From NCBI GenBank assembly GCA_016870615.1, contig VGAZ01000001.1, positions 6,481 to 70,480 on the forward strand: a DNA stretch of 64,000 nt, read 5' to 3'. The notes under the pieces were generated by a model that was not told the DNA's origin, did not search any database, and saw nothing but the letters and a program-made list of their open reading frames with translations. Positions 50,446 to 60,104 of the stretch are shown here, one piece after another. Each line of letters starts with the position of its first letter. Position 1 is the first letter of the stretch. The position numbers and the translations under genes were made by a program. The DNA is from Actinomycetota bacterium. Lineage in GTDB: Bacteria > Actinomycetota > Humimicrobiia > Humimicrobiales > Humimicrobiaceae.

Positions 50446-51426
50446 TCAATACAGTTGCAAATGCCTTTTGTTCCTGAATGCATCTATTGCTATAACAAGA
50501 ACCAGCAAAGCGCCTTTTACAACCATTCTCAGGAATACAGGAACATTTAGAAGCACCATTCCGTTTGTAATTGTCTGGATAATTATAAGGGCTATAAAAA
50601 CTCCAAGATAGTTACCCCTGCCGCCACCGACAACCACTCCGCCAAGAACTACAATAGTAAGAACCTCAAGCTCTGCACCCGTGCCATACTCTGGCCTTCC
50701 TGAGCCAAGCTGAGAGATAAGCAATAGCCCTGCTACAGAACAGAAAAAACCGCTTATAACATATGATAATATTTTTATACGGTCAACAGGTATACCGGCA
50801 AGCCTGGCAAGTGTTTCGTTGCCTCCAATGGTAAAAAGATCCCTTCCGAACCTTGTGAACTTTAATATGAGAGTTAAAGCTACAAATGCAATGATTATAT
50901 AAAGAGTAGTTATTGGAAATACATTACCAAGATAAATCCTTCCAAAATTCTGCACAAATACATTATATACCCTGGGATTTAAATCAGCCCAGAAATAGCA
51001 AACTCCCCTGAAAATAGCAAGTGTGCCCAGCGTTGTAATAATAGGGTTTATTCCCACTTTTGTAATTATAAGCCCGTTAATTAAGCCTACAGTGCATCCT
51101 ATTGCTATAGCTATAAGAAAGACCCAGGGAGTAGCTACCTCTATTCCTTTCATTAACAGTACTGAGCTCACTATGCCTGCAAGACCTGCAGTTGAACCAA
51201 TTGCTAGATCAAAACCTCCACCAATCATTACAACAGTCACTCCTGCTGCTAGAATCCCAAATACTGCAAAATTATTATAAATTCCTTTAATGTTCTGTAT
51301 TGTAAGGAATTTATCGCTTGTAAGGGAAAATAGCAGCATCATAACAATATAAATTCCTATCAGTGTAGGTGTTGGTGTTCTTAAAAAACTTAAAAACCCA
51401 GAATATTTTTTCACAGCTTTTTCCAT
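50446..51426 (-). CDS. sugar ABC transporter permease (CUT2/RbsC-like)
   Basis: It has about 9 TM helices and a BPD_transp_2 pattern. Confidence 0.8.
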   Translation of the reverse strand: MEKAVKKYSGFLSFLRTPTPTLIGIYIVMMLLFSLTSDKFLTIQNIKGIYNNFAVFGILAAGVTVVMIGGGFDLAIGSTAGLAGIVSSVLLMKGIEVATPWVFLIAIAIGCTVGLINGLIITKVGINPIITTLGTLAIFRGVCYFWADLNPRVYNVFVQNFGRIYLGNVFPITTLYIIIAFVALTLILKFTRFGRDLFTIGGNETLARLAGIPVDRIKILSYVISGFFCSVAGLLLISQLGSGRPEYGTGAELEVLTIVVLGGVVVGGGRGNYLGVFIALIIIQTITNGMVLLNVPVFLRMVVKGALLVLVIAIDAFRNKRHLQLY

Positions 51427-52410
51427 TTATGTTCTCCTCCTGGCAACTGCCTGCCTAATTTCATATGTTGAAACTACAAGTATCAGGACAGAACCCTGTA
51501 CCATTTGAATGTAAAAATAGTAAATATTCATTATTGTAAGGAAATTATAAAGCACACTTAAAATAAACACTCCTGCAAGTGTTCCAAGTATCTGTCCCCT
51601 GCCTCCTCCCAGGGCAGTTCCGCCCAGTATAATAGCTGATATAATCACAAGTTCCTGGCCCTGTCCGTGCTGCGGCATCCCGACCGCAGATAAAGACGTA
51701 AGCACCAGTCCGCCAAGAGCAGCCGCTGCTCCACAAAATAAAAAGCCGATAAATTTCACTTTTTTAACATTTATGCCTGAAAGAAACGAAGCGAGCGGAT
51801 TTGCCCCAATAGCATATATCCTCCTGCCCCATTTTGAATGATTCATAATAATATAAGTTATGATAAATACTGCTACCAAAAGAACTATTGGAAACGGGAT
51901 AACTTTAAATACAAAACCCCTGCCAATATAATCTATGACCGTATTTAGGGCAAGTTTGGATTCCCCGTTTGTAATAGTGTAACCTATGCCTCTCCATATA
52001 AACATTGTACCTATGGTAGCAATAATAGAATTTACCCCTACAACTGTTACAAGCATTCCATTAAATGCACCCATTGCAAATCCGCCGGCAAGCGCAATTA
52101 TCACTACAAGCCAGCCCGGCAAACCCTTTTCAAGCAGTAAAGCAGTAAGGCACGCTGTAAGGCCGATATTTCCGCCAATGGAAAAATCTATTTCTCCGGA
52201 AACCATTACCATTGTAAGTATTGCAGCAATTATCCCGACAAATGAAAGATTATTAATCATTGGAATAAGATTCAATTTAGAAAAGAAAAATGGCCTTCCC
52301 ACATATGAAAATAATGCAAACATTACAACAAGAATAAGAAAAAGTATTGCTGTATTATTTAATCTTACTTTCTTTTTTTGTAAAACATCAACAGTCTTAT
52401 CATCTACCAT
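51427..52410 (-). CDS. sugar ABC transporter permease (CUT2/RbsC-like), second copy
   Basis: It is homologous to the adjacent permease, and its start abuts the stop of the upstream gene. Confidence 0.8.
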   Translation of the reverse strand: MVDDKTVDVLQKKKVRLNNTAILFLILVVMFALFSYVGRPFFFSKLNLIPMINNLSFVGIIAAILTMVMVSGEIDFSIGGNIGLTACLTALLLEKGLPGWLVVIIALAGGFAMGAFNGMLVTVVGVNSIIATIGTMFIWRGIGYTITNGESKLALNTVIDYIGRGFVFKVIPFPIVLLVAVFIITYIIMNHSKWGRRIYAIGANPLASFLSGINVKKVKFIGFLFCGAAAALGGLVLTSLSAVGMPQHGQGQELVIISAIILGGTALGGGRGQILGTLAGVFILSVLYNFLTIMNIYYFYIQMVQGSVLILVVSTYEIRQAVARRRT

Positions 52411-52427
52411 AAACCCTCCCTATATTA

Positions 52428-53921
52428 TTACAGGCATGCTGAACGAAGCAGACCTTCTTCTGAGGCATCGCATATTTTATATTCTTCCGTAAACCTTCCC
52501 TTGCTCATAACTATTATTCTATCAGCAATAGAAAGAATTTCCGGAAGCTCTGAGCTTATCATGATTATTGAAGAGCCTTTTTCACATAAATCCTGCATCA
52601 ATTTATATATTTCAATTTTTGCGCCTACATCAACTCCTCTTGTGGGCTCATTTAAAATTATTATTTGCGAACCACTTTCAAGCCATTTGGCAAGAACGAC
52701 TTTCTGCTGGTTTCCCCCTGAAAGGCTGTTTACCTCCTGTTCAACTGAAGGTGTTCTTATCCCTATTTCATCTACCCAATTACCAGCTTTCCTGCGTTCC
52801 TGGTTCCTGGCTATCAGAAAACTTTTTCCAAGTTCTTTAATGTTTGCAAGGGTTATGTTTTCTTTAACGCCCATCATAAGCGCAAGGCCCTCAATTTTCC
52901 TGTCAAGGGGCACCAGTCCAATTTTTGCATCCCTTGCCATGCCCGGACTTTTAATTCTAAGTTTTTTACCGTTAACTATTATCTCTCCATTTTTTATCTT
53001 ATTTGCACCAAAAAGGGCTTTAACAAGTGAACTCCTGCCTGAACCAAGCAGGCCAAATATTCCAAGTATCTCACCTTTCCTTAGCTTAAAACTTATATTG
53101 TCAAACCCTTCAGCACCAAGATTATTAACTTCCATGACCACGCCACCAATGGGTACGTGCCTTTTGGGATACATGTCTTTTATGTCCCTTCCAACCATCA
53201 TTTCCACAAGTTTATTGGAATCAGATTCTTTTGTTTTAAGTGTTCCGACTTTTTTCCCGTCCCTAAGCACTGTTACCCTATCAGTTATTTCAAAAATTTC
53301 TTTCAGCCTGTGTGAAATATATATTATTGCAACACCTTTTGTTTTTAAGGCCTGTATTATCTTAAAAAGGGATTGTGTTTCCTCTTCTGAAAGAGCTGCA
53401 GTGGGTTCATCCATGACAAGTATTTTTGCTTCCTGTGAAATTGCTTTGGCAATTTCCACAATCTGTTTTTCAGAAACAGTCAAATCTCCAATTATTGCAT
53501 TGGGATCAAGTTTAACATTCATAACAGCAAGCAGCTCCTCAGCTTTTTTATTCATGCCTTTCCAGTCTATGATCTTTAATGGTCCTTTTACCAGCTGTTC
53601 ACCAATAAAAATATTTTCAGCCACTGTAAGATTATTTATAGTATTTAACTCCTGGTATATTACCCTTATGCCTGAAGACATAGCTTCAGCAGGACCCTTT
53701 ATTTCAAATTTCTGGCCATCAATAAAAATATCTCCAGAGTCTTTTATGTAATTGCCCGCAAGTATTTTTATAAGGGTTGACTTGCCTGCACCATTTTCCC
53801 CAAGTATCCCCAGTACTTCACCTTTATACAAATCAATTGAGACATTGTCTAATGCTACAACTCCAGGAAAAGTTTTCGTAATATTTTCCATTCGCAAAAC
53901 TATTCCATTACTGTCTGACAC
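52428..53921 (-). CDS. sugar ABC transporter ATP-binding protein, duplicated ATPase (RbsA/MglA-like)
   Basis: It has two NBDs: Walker A GENGAGKST, signature LSVSEKQ, and a second degenerate Walker A GLLGSGRS with LSGGNQQK. Confidence 0.9.
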   Translation of the reverse strand: MSDSNGIVLRMENITKTFPGVVALDNVSIDLYKGEVLGILGENGAGKSTLIKILAGNYIKDSGDIFIDGQKFEIKGPAEAMSSGIRVIYQELNTINNLTVAENIFIGEQLVKGPLKIIDWKGMNKKAEELLAVMNVKLDPNAIIGDLTVSEKQIVEIAKAISQEAKILVMDEPTAALSEEETQSLFKIIQALKTKGVAIIYISHRLKEIFEITDRVTVLRDGKKVGTLKTKESDSNKLVEMMVGRDIKDMYPKRHVPIGGVVMEVNNLGAEGFDNISFKLRKGEILGIFGLLGSGRSSLVKALFGANKIKNGEIIVNGKKLRIKSPGMARDAKIGLVPLDRKIEGLALMMGVKENITLANIKELGKSFLIARNQERRKAGNWVDEIGIRTPSVEQEVNSLSGGNQQKVVLAKWLESGSQIIILNEPTRGVDVGAKIEIYKLMQDLCEKGSSIIMISSELPEILSIADRIIVMSKGRFTEEYKICDASEEGLLRSACL

Positions 53922-54046
53922 TTTATCACCACCCGTATAGCAAAATTGAGGAGACTGGCTAAAACAGCCTCCCCAATTTTTTGATAATTTATGACATTGT
54001 TAATATCATTTCTGGCATATCATGTTTTATTATACTAATATACTAT

Positions 54047-55138
54047 TTATTCAGGATACCATTCATCAATATTATCTTTATTTATTACAACATTTTCAAC
54101 ATAAAGGAATGGCGGAACAATTTGGCCCATCATAAGTGCAACTGCTGCAGGTACAAGATACTCCCCATATCTTTCAGGGAAAAACGCAACTGAACCGTCT
54201 GTAAGTCCATCACGGATTTGCTGCTTGCCAACATCATCACAGCCCATTGTAACTATAAACCATTTTTCAGGATCCCATCTGCCTGCAGTCTGTATGGCTG
54301 CAATACAACCGCTCATGGTCTGCTCATTAATTGATGTCATTGCAACATATTGTGCATCAGGTATTGTTGAAAGTATGTCTGTCATAGCTTTGTTGGCCTG
54401 CTCTGCTTCGCCGGCTCCGCCGTCTGCCCTGTAAGTAATAGGATCAATTTTTTCTGCACCATATTTGTCAACAAAAGCCTGGTAAAAACCTTCTGATCTC
54501 AGCATAAGGATATCGCCACCGGCAGGAAATTGCATAAGCACTATTGCATCAAGCATATCAATTCCGCCCATTGCTTCTACTGCCGCTACTGCATATTCTC
54601 CACCAAGATAAGAAACATAGAAATTGTTAACACCCATAAATGGTGCGCCAGGTGTTGGTACGTCAACAGCTATAATCGGTATTCCTGCCTGGCCGAATTT
54701 TGTAGCTATAATACTGTTTACTTTGGCATCAAACTGGAAGTTAATGAGAACATCAGGACTTTTTGCAAGCATGATATCTGCATTTTTAAGCCCGATTGTT
54801 GCATCATACTGGTTGTCAGCATAATATAGGTCTCCAGGTGCGCCACCTGCTAAAGCCCACTGTTTCTGGACATCTGACCAAACTGATTCGCAGAAAGGTA
54901 TTCCACCCATTATGTTTGTAAAGGCAAGTGTTTTGCCTGCTGCAGGTGCATCAGGATATGCTTCACCTTTTTTAGCTACTTCCCTGAGCATTTCGTAATA
55001 ATCATATGCAGCCTCTCCAATAACTTCAGCTGCTTTGGTTTCTTCGGCTTTTTGTGCCTGTACACAACCTGAAAAAGAAATTGTTGCCGCCAGTACTACA
55101 ACTAGAATTGCTGCCAATAATACTACAGTTTTTTTCAT
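54047..55138 (-). CDS. ABC transporter substrate-binding lipoprotein, periplasmic sugar-binding (type I PBP) family
   Basis: A signal peptide with lipobox FSGC is followed by a PBP type I fold. Confidence 0.75.
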   Translation of the reverse strand: MKKTVVLLAAILVVVLAATISFSGCVQAQKAEETKAAEVIGEAAYDYYEMLREVAKKGEAYPDAPAAGKTLAFTNIMGGIPFCESVWSDVQKQWALAGGAPGDLYYADNQYDATIGLKNADIMLAKSPDVLINFQFDAKVNSIIATKFGQAGIPIIAVDVPTPGAPFMGVNNFYVSYLGGEYAVAAVEAMGGIDMLDAIVLMQFPAGGDILMLRSEGFYQAFVDKYGAEKIDPITYRADGGAGEAEQANKAMTDILSTIPDAQYVAMTSINEQTMSGCIAAIQTAGRWDPEKWFIVTMGCDDVGKQQIRDGLTDGSVAFFPERYGEYLVPAAVALMMGQIVPPFLYVENVVINKDNIDEWYPE

Positions 55139-55353
55139 TTTTCCTCCTTTTTATTAATTGGTTTTTATAAAATGATTTTTGCCTGTTATTTTCACATTCT
55201 CCTTTCAATTAAGTTTTTAACATAAAAATAGAATAGCTTTTGACCATAAGAGATTTCAGAATGAAATATAATTTAGAAAAACGATTTTCTAAAAATACCA
55301 TACAATATTTATTTTGTCAATATTTTGTCATTTAGTGTCATTTAAATAATTTT

Positions 55354-56628
55354 TTATATACCATCAATCATACTGTTTAATTGTTCCCTGTAATACTTAA
55401 AATTGCCCCAGGGTACTTCCGGGGGAATCAAATGGTCACCGAAAGGTATGTATCCCCCCTGCTTTAAAAGCCATTGGACCGGCTCAAGTATTTCATCAAT
55501 TCTTTCTTTGCCTTTGGCAATTTCAAGCTTTGGAATGCCACCCATAATAAAAAGGCCGGGGTAATCTTTTCTAAGCTTTACAACATCCATGCCTGCGCTT
55601 ACTTCCATAGGGTAAAGCCCTGTTACCCCTGCATCTATAAATATTGGAACAAGTTCATTGCAGTCTCCATCTGTATCAACAAGAAAAATATCAATTTTTT
55701 TACTCTTTAAAAAATTCGATATTTTTTTGTAGTACGGCGCCATAAACTCCCTGATTAGAACAGGGGAAACCATAGAACCTTTACCGGATGATATATCCTC
55801 CCAAATATTGCATAAATCTATATCAGTATAAACAAGTATTTCTTCCCAGAGAGCAATCCATATGTCGGTTAGCCGGTCAAGAATATCTTTTATAAGGTCG
55901 GGATGGTCATAATAAAAAAGAAATAAATTTTCATAACCTATAAGATGAGTTAAAGTGCCAAATATGCCATTGGGATAACCCCCTACTGCAAGAGGATAAT
56001 CCCTTCCCTTATATTCCTTAACTAGTTCATCCCAGTTTGCCGGAAGCCTGTCTTTTATATTATCAAGTCGCATTCTCTGGCTTTTAATCTCCTCCCATGA
56101 CTTCCAGTCTTTTATCGGCCAGTCAAGCCCTGCCGGAAGCACCTGTTCTGATTTTGAAAACCTCCTGGTGCATCCGTCAAGGTCTATATAGTCAATATAT
56201 TTTTCATCTTCAAAAATAATTTTGGTTTCAAATTGCGGATAAAAAAGCTGTTCTGCGCAAACTATTATCTGCACTTCATCCATTTTAAAATAGTTTTTAA
56301 CGTCTTTATCAACTGCAAAACCCTGGGTGGGCCAGTAAAGCCCCCCTGCGCATACAGGCATGCCATCTGGAAGCTTTACTCCATCGGGCTGGTTAAACAT
56401 TTTTTCAAAAAGGTTTTTGTCTTTTTTTAAAAAATGCCTCCACACTGCAGTATAAAGTGAAGCAGTGCTATTAACTATATTTACAGGCACAACAGGATAA
56501 TTATTTAACGGCAGTCCCTCGCAGTACCAGTTATTCAGCGTTTTACCCCAATACCCAAATTCCCATTTTACTGAACTTGCTTTCTGCTTAAAGTGCGCGC
56601 ATTCTATAAATTTCTCTCTTGTGTCCAT
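55354..56628 (-). CDS. UroD/MtaA-family methyltransferase (paralog 3)
   Basis: It is 424 aa and similar to 49239..50423 along its whole length. Confidence 0.7.
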   Translation of the reverse strand: MDTREKFIECAHFKQKASSVKWEFGYWGKTLNNWYCEGLPLNNYPVVPVNIVNSTASLYTAVWRHFLKKDKNLFEKMFNQPDGVKLPDGMPVCAGGLYWPTQGFAVDKDVKNYFKMDEVQIIVCAEQLFYPQFETKIIFEDEKYIDYIDLDGCTRRFSKSEQVLPAGLDWPIKDWKSWEEIKSQRMRLDNIKDRLPANWDELVKEYKGRDYPLAVGGYPNGIFGTLTHLIGYENLFLFYYDHPDLIKDILDRLTDIWIALWEEILVYTDIDLCNIWEDISSGKGSMVSPVLIREFMAPYYKKISNFLKSKKIDIFLVDTDGDCNELVPIFIDAGVTGLYPMEVSAGMDVVKLRKDYPGLFIMGGIPKLEIAKGKERIDEILEPVQWLLKQGGYIPFGDHLIPPEVPWGNFKYYREQLNSMIDGI

Positions 56629-56662
56629 AGATCACCTGTTGCAAAGATTTTTAAATTTTATT

Positions 56663-58070
56663 TTAAAGAAGTCCTTTTTTCCTGTAATACTCTGTGGCTT
56701 CTTTTAATATACTGTCAATTTCTTTGTCCTGCTGGGGAGTTAGAGGAACAGGCTTATGTGTCGCCACTATTTCCTCATATTTTTCTTTTGCCTTATCAAG
56801 AGCTGTTTTTTTGCCGGTGTTAATCCATTCCTGATAAGATGATTTATCAAACATTTTCGGCATATAATCTTCTGTTTTCCACATGGTCCTTGTCTGTTTG
56901 GAATTCAGGAAAGTTCCGCTGCTTGCCACTTCCTTAATTACGTCAAGTCCTATTGTTTCATCATTTACAGTAAATCCTTCAACAATGCGGCCTATTGTCT
57001 TTGCTATATCATCATCAAGTATTGCAAGAACCGGATTGTATGCAAGCTCTGCAGTAACCCCGCCGTGAAGGACTATAAGATTGGCGCCTGAAAGTGCAGA
57101 TGCCGTTGCAAGCGGAAGCTTTTCGGCCCCAAGCTGGTAGTCAATTATTTTTGCATTGGAAAAAGCTGAACCGGTATTGTTTACCGGTATATTATAGTGA
57201 TAGTGCCATATCTGGTTATATGCCATCTGGTGAAGCGCAATAGCAGCAGTGCCGAAGTTTAAATCGCCAGTCTGCATATTCATTGCAGACACAAAATTAT
57301 TTGCAATAATTCCGCATCCCGGTTTTATGCATTGCAGAAGCACAATAATTGCAAGAAGCTCTGCGTTGTGGGAAACAGATGCGCCTGCAATCGTAATCGG
57401 ATGAGAGCCGCCCATTATTGAGCCGGAGGCTATATATATTGGAAATCCTGCATCAAGATAATGAAAAGCGGCATTGCACGGATCCTCTGCAAGTGACAGC
57501 GGCGCCGCACCTTCAACACAGCCCATTATCTGGGCGCCCACAGCCTGCGCAATTTTAGTTTCCCATATAAAAGAGTCTGTTGGCTGAGCTCCCCTTGAGG
57601 CAGCTCATTACGGGTGGAACTCCCTCCAGTTCGAAATAAGGGGTATATGAAGGAAAGACATTTACTGAATCAAGATAGTCCGACACCATAACACCAATAT
57701 TATTCTGCTCAAGGGTTGGCATTGTAACAATTCCTGTATCAATATCAACATGCCTTGCGCCTGCCGAGTTCATGAAATACATTGTATTGCCGCCAAGCCT
57801 TATGCTTTTTTCGCTATCTCTGGCCTTAAGATAAAAACTTGAAGGTGTTTTTGAAATTGCCCACTGCACCAGGCTCGGGGGTATTTTTGCTGTCATTGAT
57901 GCGTAATCTACAATGCAGCCATGCTCTTCAAGTAGCTTTAAAGCCTTTTGTGATTCATACTTAAAACCTACTTCTTCCAGAACATTCAGCGATGCAGTGT
58001 GTATCTGTTCTATCTGTGAACTGGAAAGCACCTTTACAGGCTCAAAATTTAATTTATATCCTTTTTGCAT
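56663..58070 (-). pseudogene. MttB-superfamily (trimethylamine/glycine betaine-type) methyltransferase, interrupted by a frameshift
   Basis: The N-terminal 171 aa (LSSSQIEQIHTASLNVLEEVGFKYES...) and the C-terminal 292 aa are collinear with MttB/MtgB proteins but lie in different frames. The upstream ORF stops at TAA (57555). The downstream frame is open from 57604, giving a 50-nt overlap. Confidence 0.7.
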
Positions 58071-58178
58071 AATTATCTGTTCCTTTCACTTATCTTAAAG
58101 ACACTGAAGTTCATAAAAAACTTTTGAAATCAAGATTTTTACCTTTATAAAAACAAAGAGAAAAATCCCATGTTTAAA

Positions 58179-58823
58179 TTAATCAATGCCCATAAATCTT
58201 CTGCAGATTTTTACACCTTCAGGGGCTGTTGAGCCATAACCGTCTGCTCCAATGGAGTCGGCAAATTCCTGGTTTATGGGGCTTCCCCCAACAATTATCT
58301 TTACCCTGTCTCTTATACCTGCATCTTTTAAACCTTCGATTACTTTTTTCTGTTCCATAGCAGTTGTTGTAAGAAGAGCCGACATTGCAAGTATGTCTGC
58401 ATTTTCCTCCTTTACAGCTTTTAAAAAATCTTCACCTTTTACATTTATGCCAAGATCAATAACTTTAAAGCCGGCAGCATACAAAAGCGTTGCAACCATG
58501 CCCTTGCCTATTGAATGAATATCTCCAAACACTGTACCTATAACAACTTTACCCACAGAAGACTCACTGCCTCCCTGTTTTTGGATCGCCTCATTTATGA
58601 CTGGAAATGCTTTTTTTAAAACTTCAGAAGCGCAAACAAGATCAGGCAGGAACAGGTCGCCTTTGCCAAACCGCTCACCCACATCCCTGATTGCCTCAGT
58701 TAAAGCATTTGCAGCCTTAAGAGGATCTGTTCCGGATTCAATAGCATCTTTTGCAGTCTCCTCTGCATTGTCTATATCAAAATTAAGTACAATGTCTTTT
58801 AACTGCTGTACAAAATCTGCCAT
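58179..58823 (-). CDS. methyltransferase cognate corrinoid protein (B12-binding), second copy
   Basis: It has a B12-binding-2 cap and the DxHxxG motif (GDIHSIGKG). Confidence 0.85.
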   Translation of the reverse strand: MADFVQQLKDIVLNFDIDNAEETAKDAIESGTDPLKAANALTEAIRDVGERFGKGDLFLPDLVCASEVLKKAFPVINEAIQKQGGSESSVGKVVIGTVFGDIHSIGKGMVATLLYAAGFKVIDLGINVKGEDFLKAVKEENADILAMSALLTTTAMEQKKVIEGLKDAGIRDRVKIIVGGSPINQEFADSIGADGYGSTAPEGVKICRRFMGID

Positions 58824-58903
58824 CGCGGGCCTCCTTTTTTGATTGTTTTTTATTATTTAATTTCAATTGATACTTTTTATAAATATATTTTCCGTTTTAA
58901 TCC

Positions 58904-59938
58904 TTATTTCGGGACAGCTGTGGATCCCCTGACTATAATTTCCGTTTCAAGAACAATATTCTTATTTTCCACCTTTTTACCTTCAATTATATCAAGCAAC
59001 AGATTTGCTGCTGTTGCCCCCATTATTTTTTTGGGCTGCTTTACAGTAGTTAGTGGAGGGTCTGAAAATTCACATATTATCTCATTATTAAAACCCATAA
59101 CTGATACATCCCCCGGAACCTTTAAGCCAAATTCCTTAAATGCATGAATTGCGCCTATTGCAAGAAAATCAGCAAGATTAAGGTATGCAGTTGCAATCTT
59201 TTTTTCCTCAACTCTTCTTTTAATAAGTTTGTATGTGGCCTTGAGCTCGTCAAGGCGCATAAGATCGTCTATTATTACAATATCCGGGTCATATTCAATA
59301 TTATTTTTTGCAAGGCCTGCACAATAACCTTCATACCTTCTTCTTATTGTTGTCTGGTTTTTAAAAGGAAAAGTTATAAAGCCTATTTTTCTATGGCCAA
59401 GGTCATAAAGGTACTGGAAGGCATTCTGCATGGCGGCCTTGTTGTCTATAAGCACAGATGGTATTTCGCTGTTCTTAAGCTCCCTGTCAAGAACTACAAC
59501 CGGTATATTTGAAAGATGGGCTTTTTTAATATGATCATATGAATCATAACCGCAAAAAAACATAAGACCGTCAATTGTCTGGTCTATCATAGCATTCATC
59601 TGCCGCTCTTCCTCATAAATGTCATAGAATGTACATCCGAGTATAAGGGTATAGTTTCTGGCACGTGCGGCCTCTTCAATGCCACGCAGCACCTGGGCAA
59701 AAAATGGCTGTGCTATATCTGGAAGGATTACCCCAAGAGTGCGTGTACTTTTTGTGCGCAGCCCCCTTGCAATAATATTAGGCCTGTAATTAAGTTTTTT
59801 TATTGCCTTTTTTACAGCGTCAGCCGTTTTATCTGAAACAAACTTGGTTTGGTTTATAACATGAGAGACTGTTGATATTACAACGCCGGACTCTTTGGCT
59901 ATATCTTTTATGGATGGTTTTTTAACAGATTTATTCAT
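58904..59938 (-). CDS. LacI family transcriptional regulator
   Basis: An N-terminal HTH (IKDIAKESGVVISTVSHVIN) is followed by a periplasmic-binding-like effector domain. Confidence 0.85.
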   Translation of the reverse strand: MNKSVKKPSIKDIAKESGVVISTVSHVINQTKFVSDKTADAVKKAIKKLNYRPNIIARGLRTKSTRTLGVILPDIAQPFFAQVLRGIEEAARARNYTLILGCTFYDIYEEERQMNAMIDQTIDGLMFFCGYDSYDHIKKAHLSNIPVVVLDRELKNSEIPSVLIDNKAAMQNAFQYLYDLGHRKIGFITFPFKNQTTIRRRYEGYCAGLAKNNIEYDPDIVIIDDLMRLDELKATYKLIKRRVEEKKIATAYLNLADFLAIGAIHAFKEFGLKVPGDVSVMGFNNEIICEFSDPPLTTVKQPKKIMGATAANLLLDIIEGKKVENKNIVLETEIIVRGSTAVPK

Positions 59939-60104
59939 GTGTTAATATATAACAGAAAAACGTTTTTCTGTCAATATATGTTAATTAAATAATCCTCCAG
60001 TATATTTTTTATAATAGTGCGGATATTATGCTATTATTAAATACAATAATTAATAAAACCAGCAGTATAGTTGCCTTTTAAAAAAACTAAAGGTTTATTA
60101 AAAA

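Noticed and set aside
57541-57610. Possible in-frame amber (pyrrolysine) codon splitting the MttB-family gene, as in methanogen mttB
   Set aside because: The upstream segment ends at TAA, not TAG, and the downstream segment lies in a different reading frame. This is a frameshift, not UAG readthrough. No pylTSBCD genes are evident in the window.
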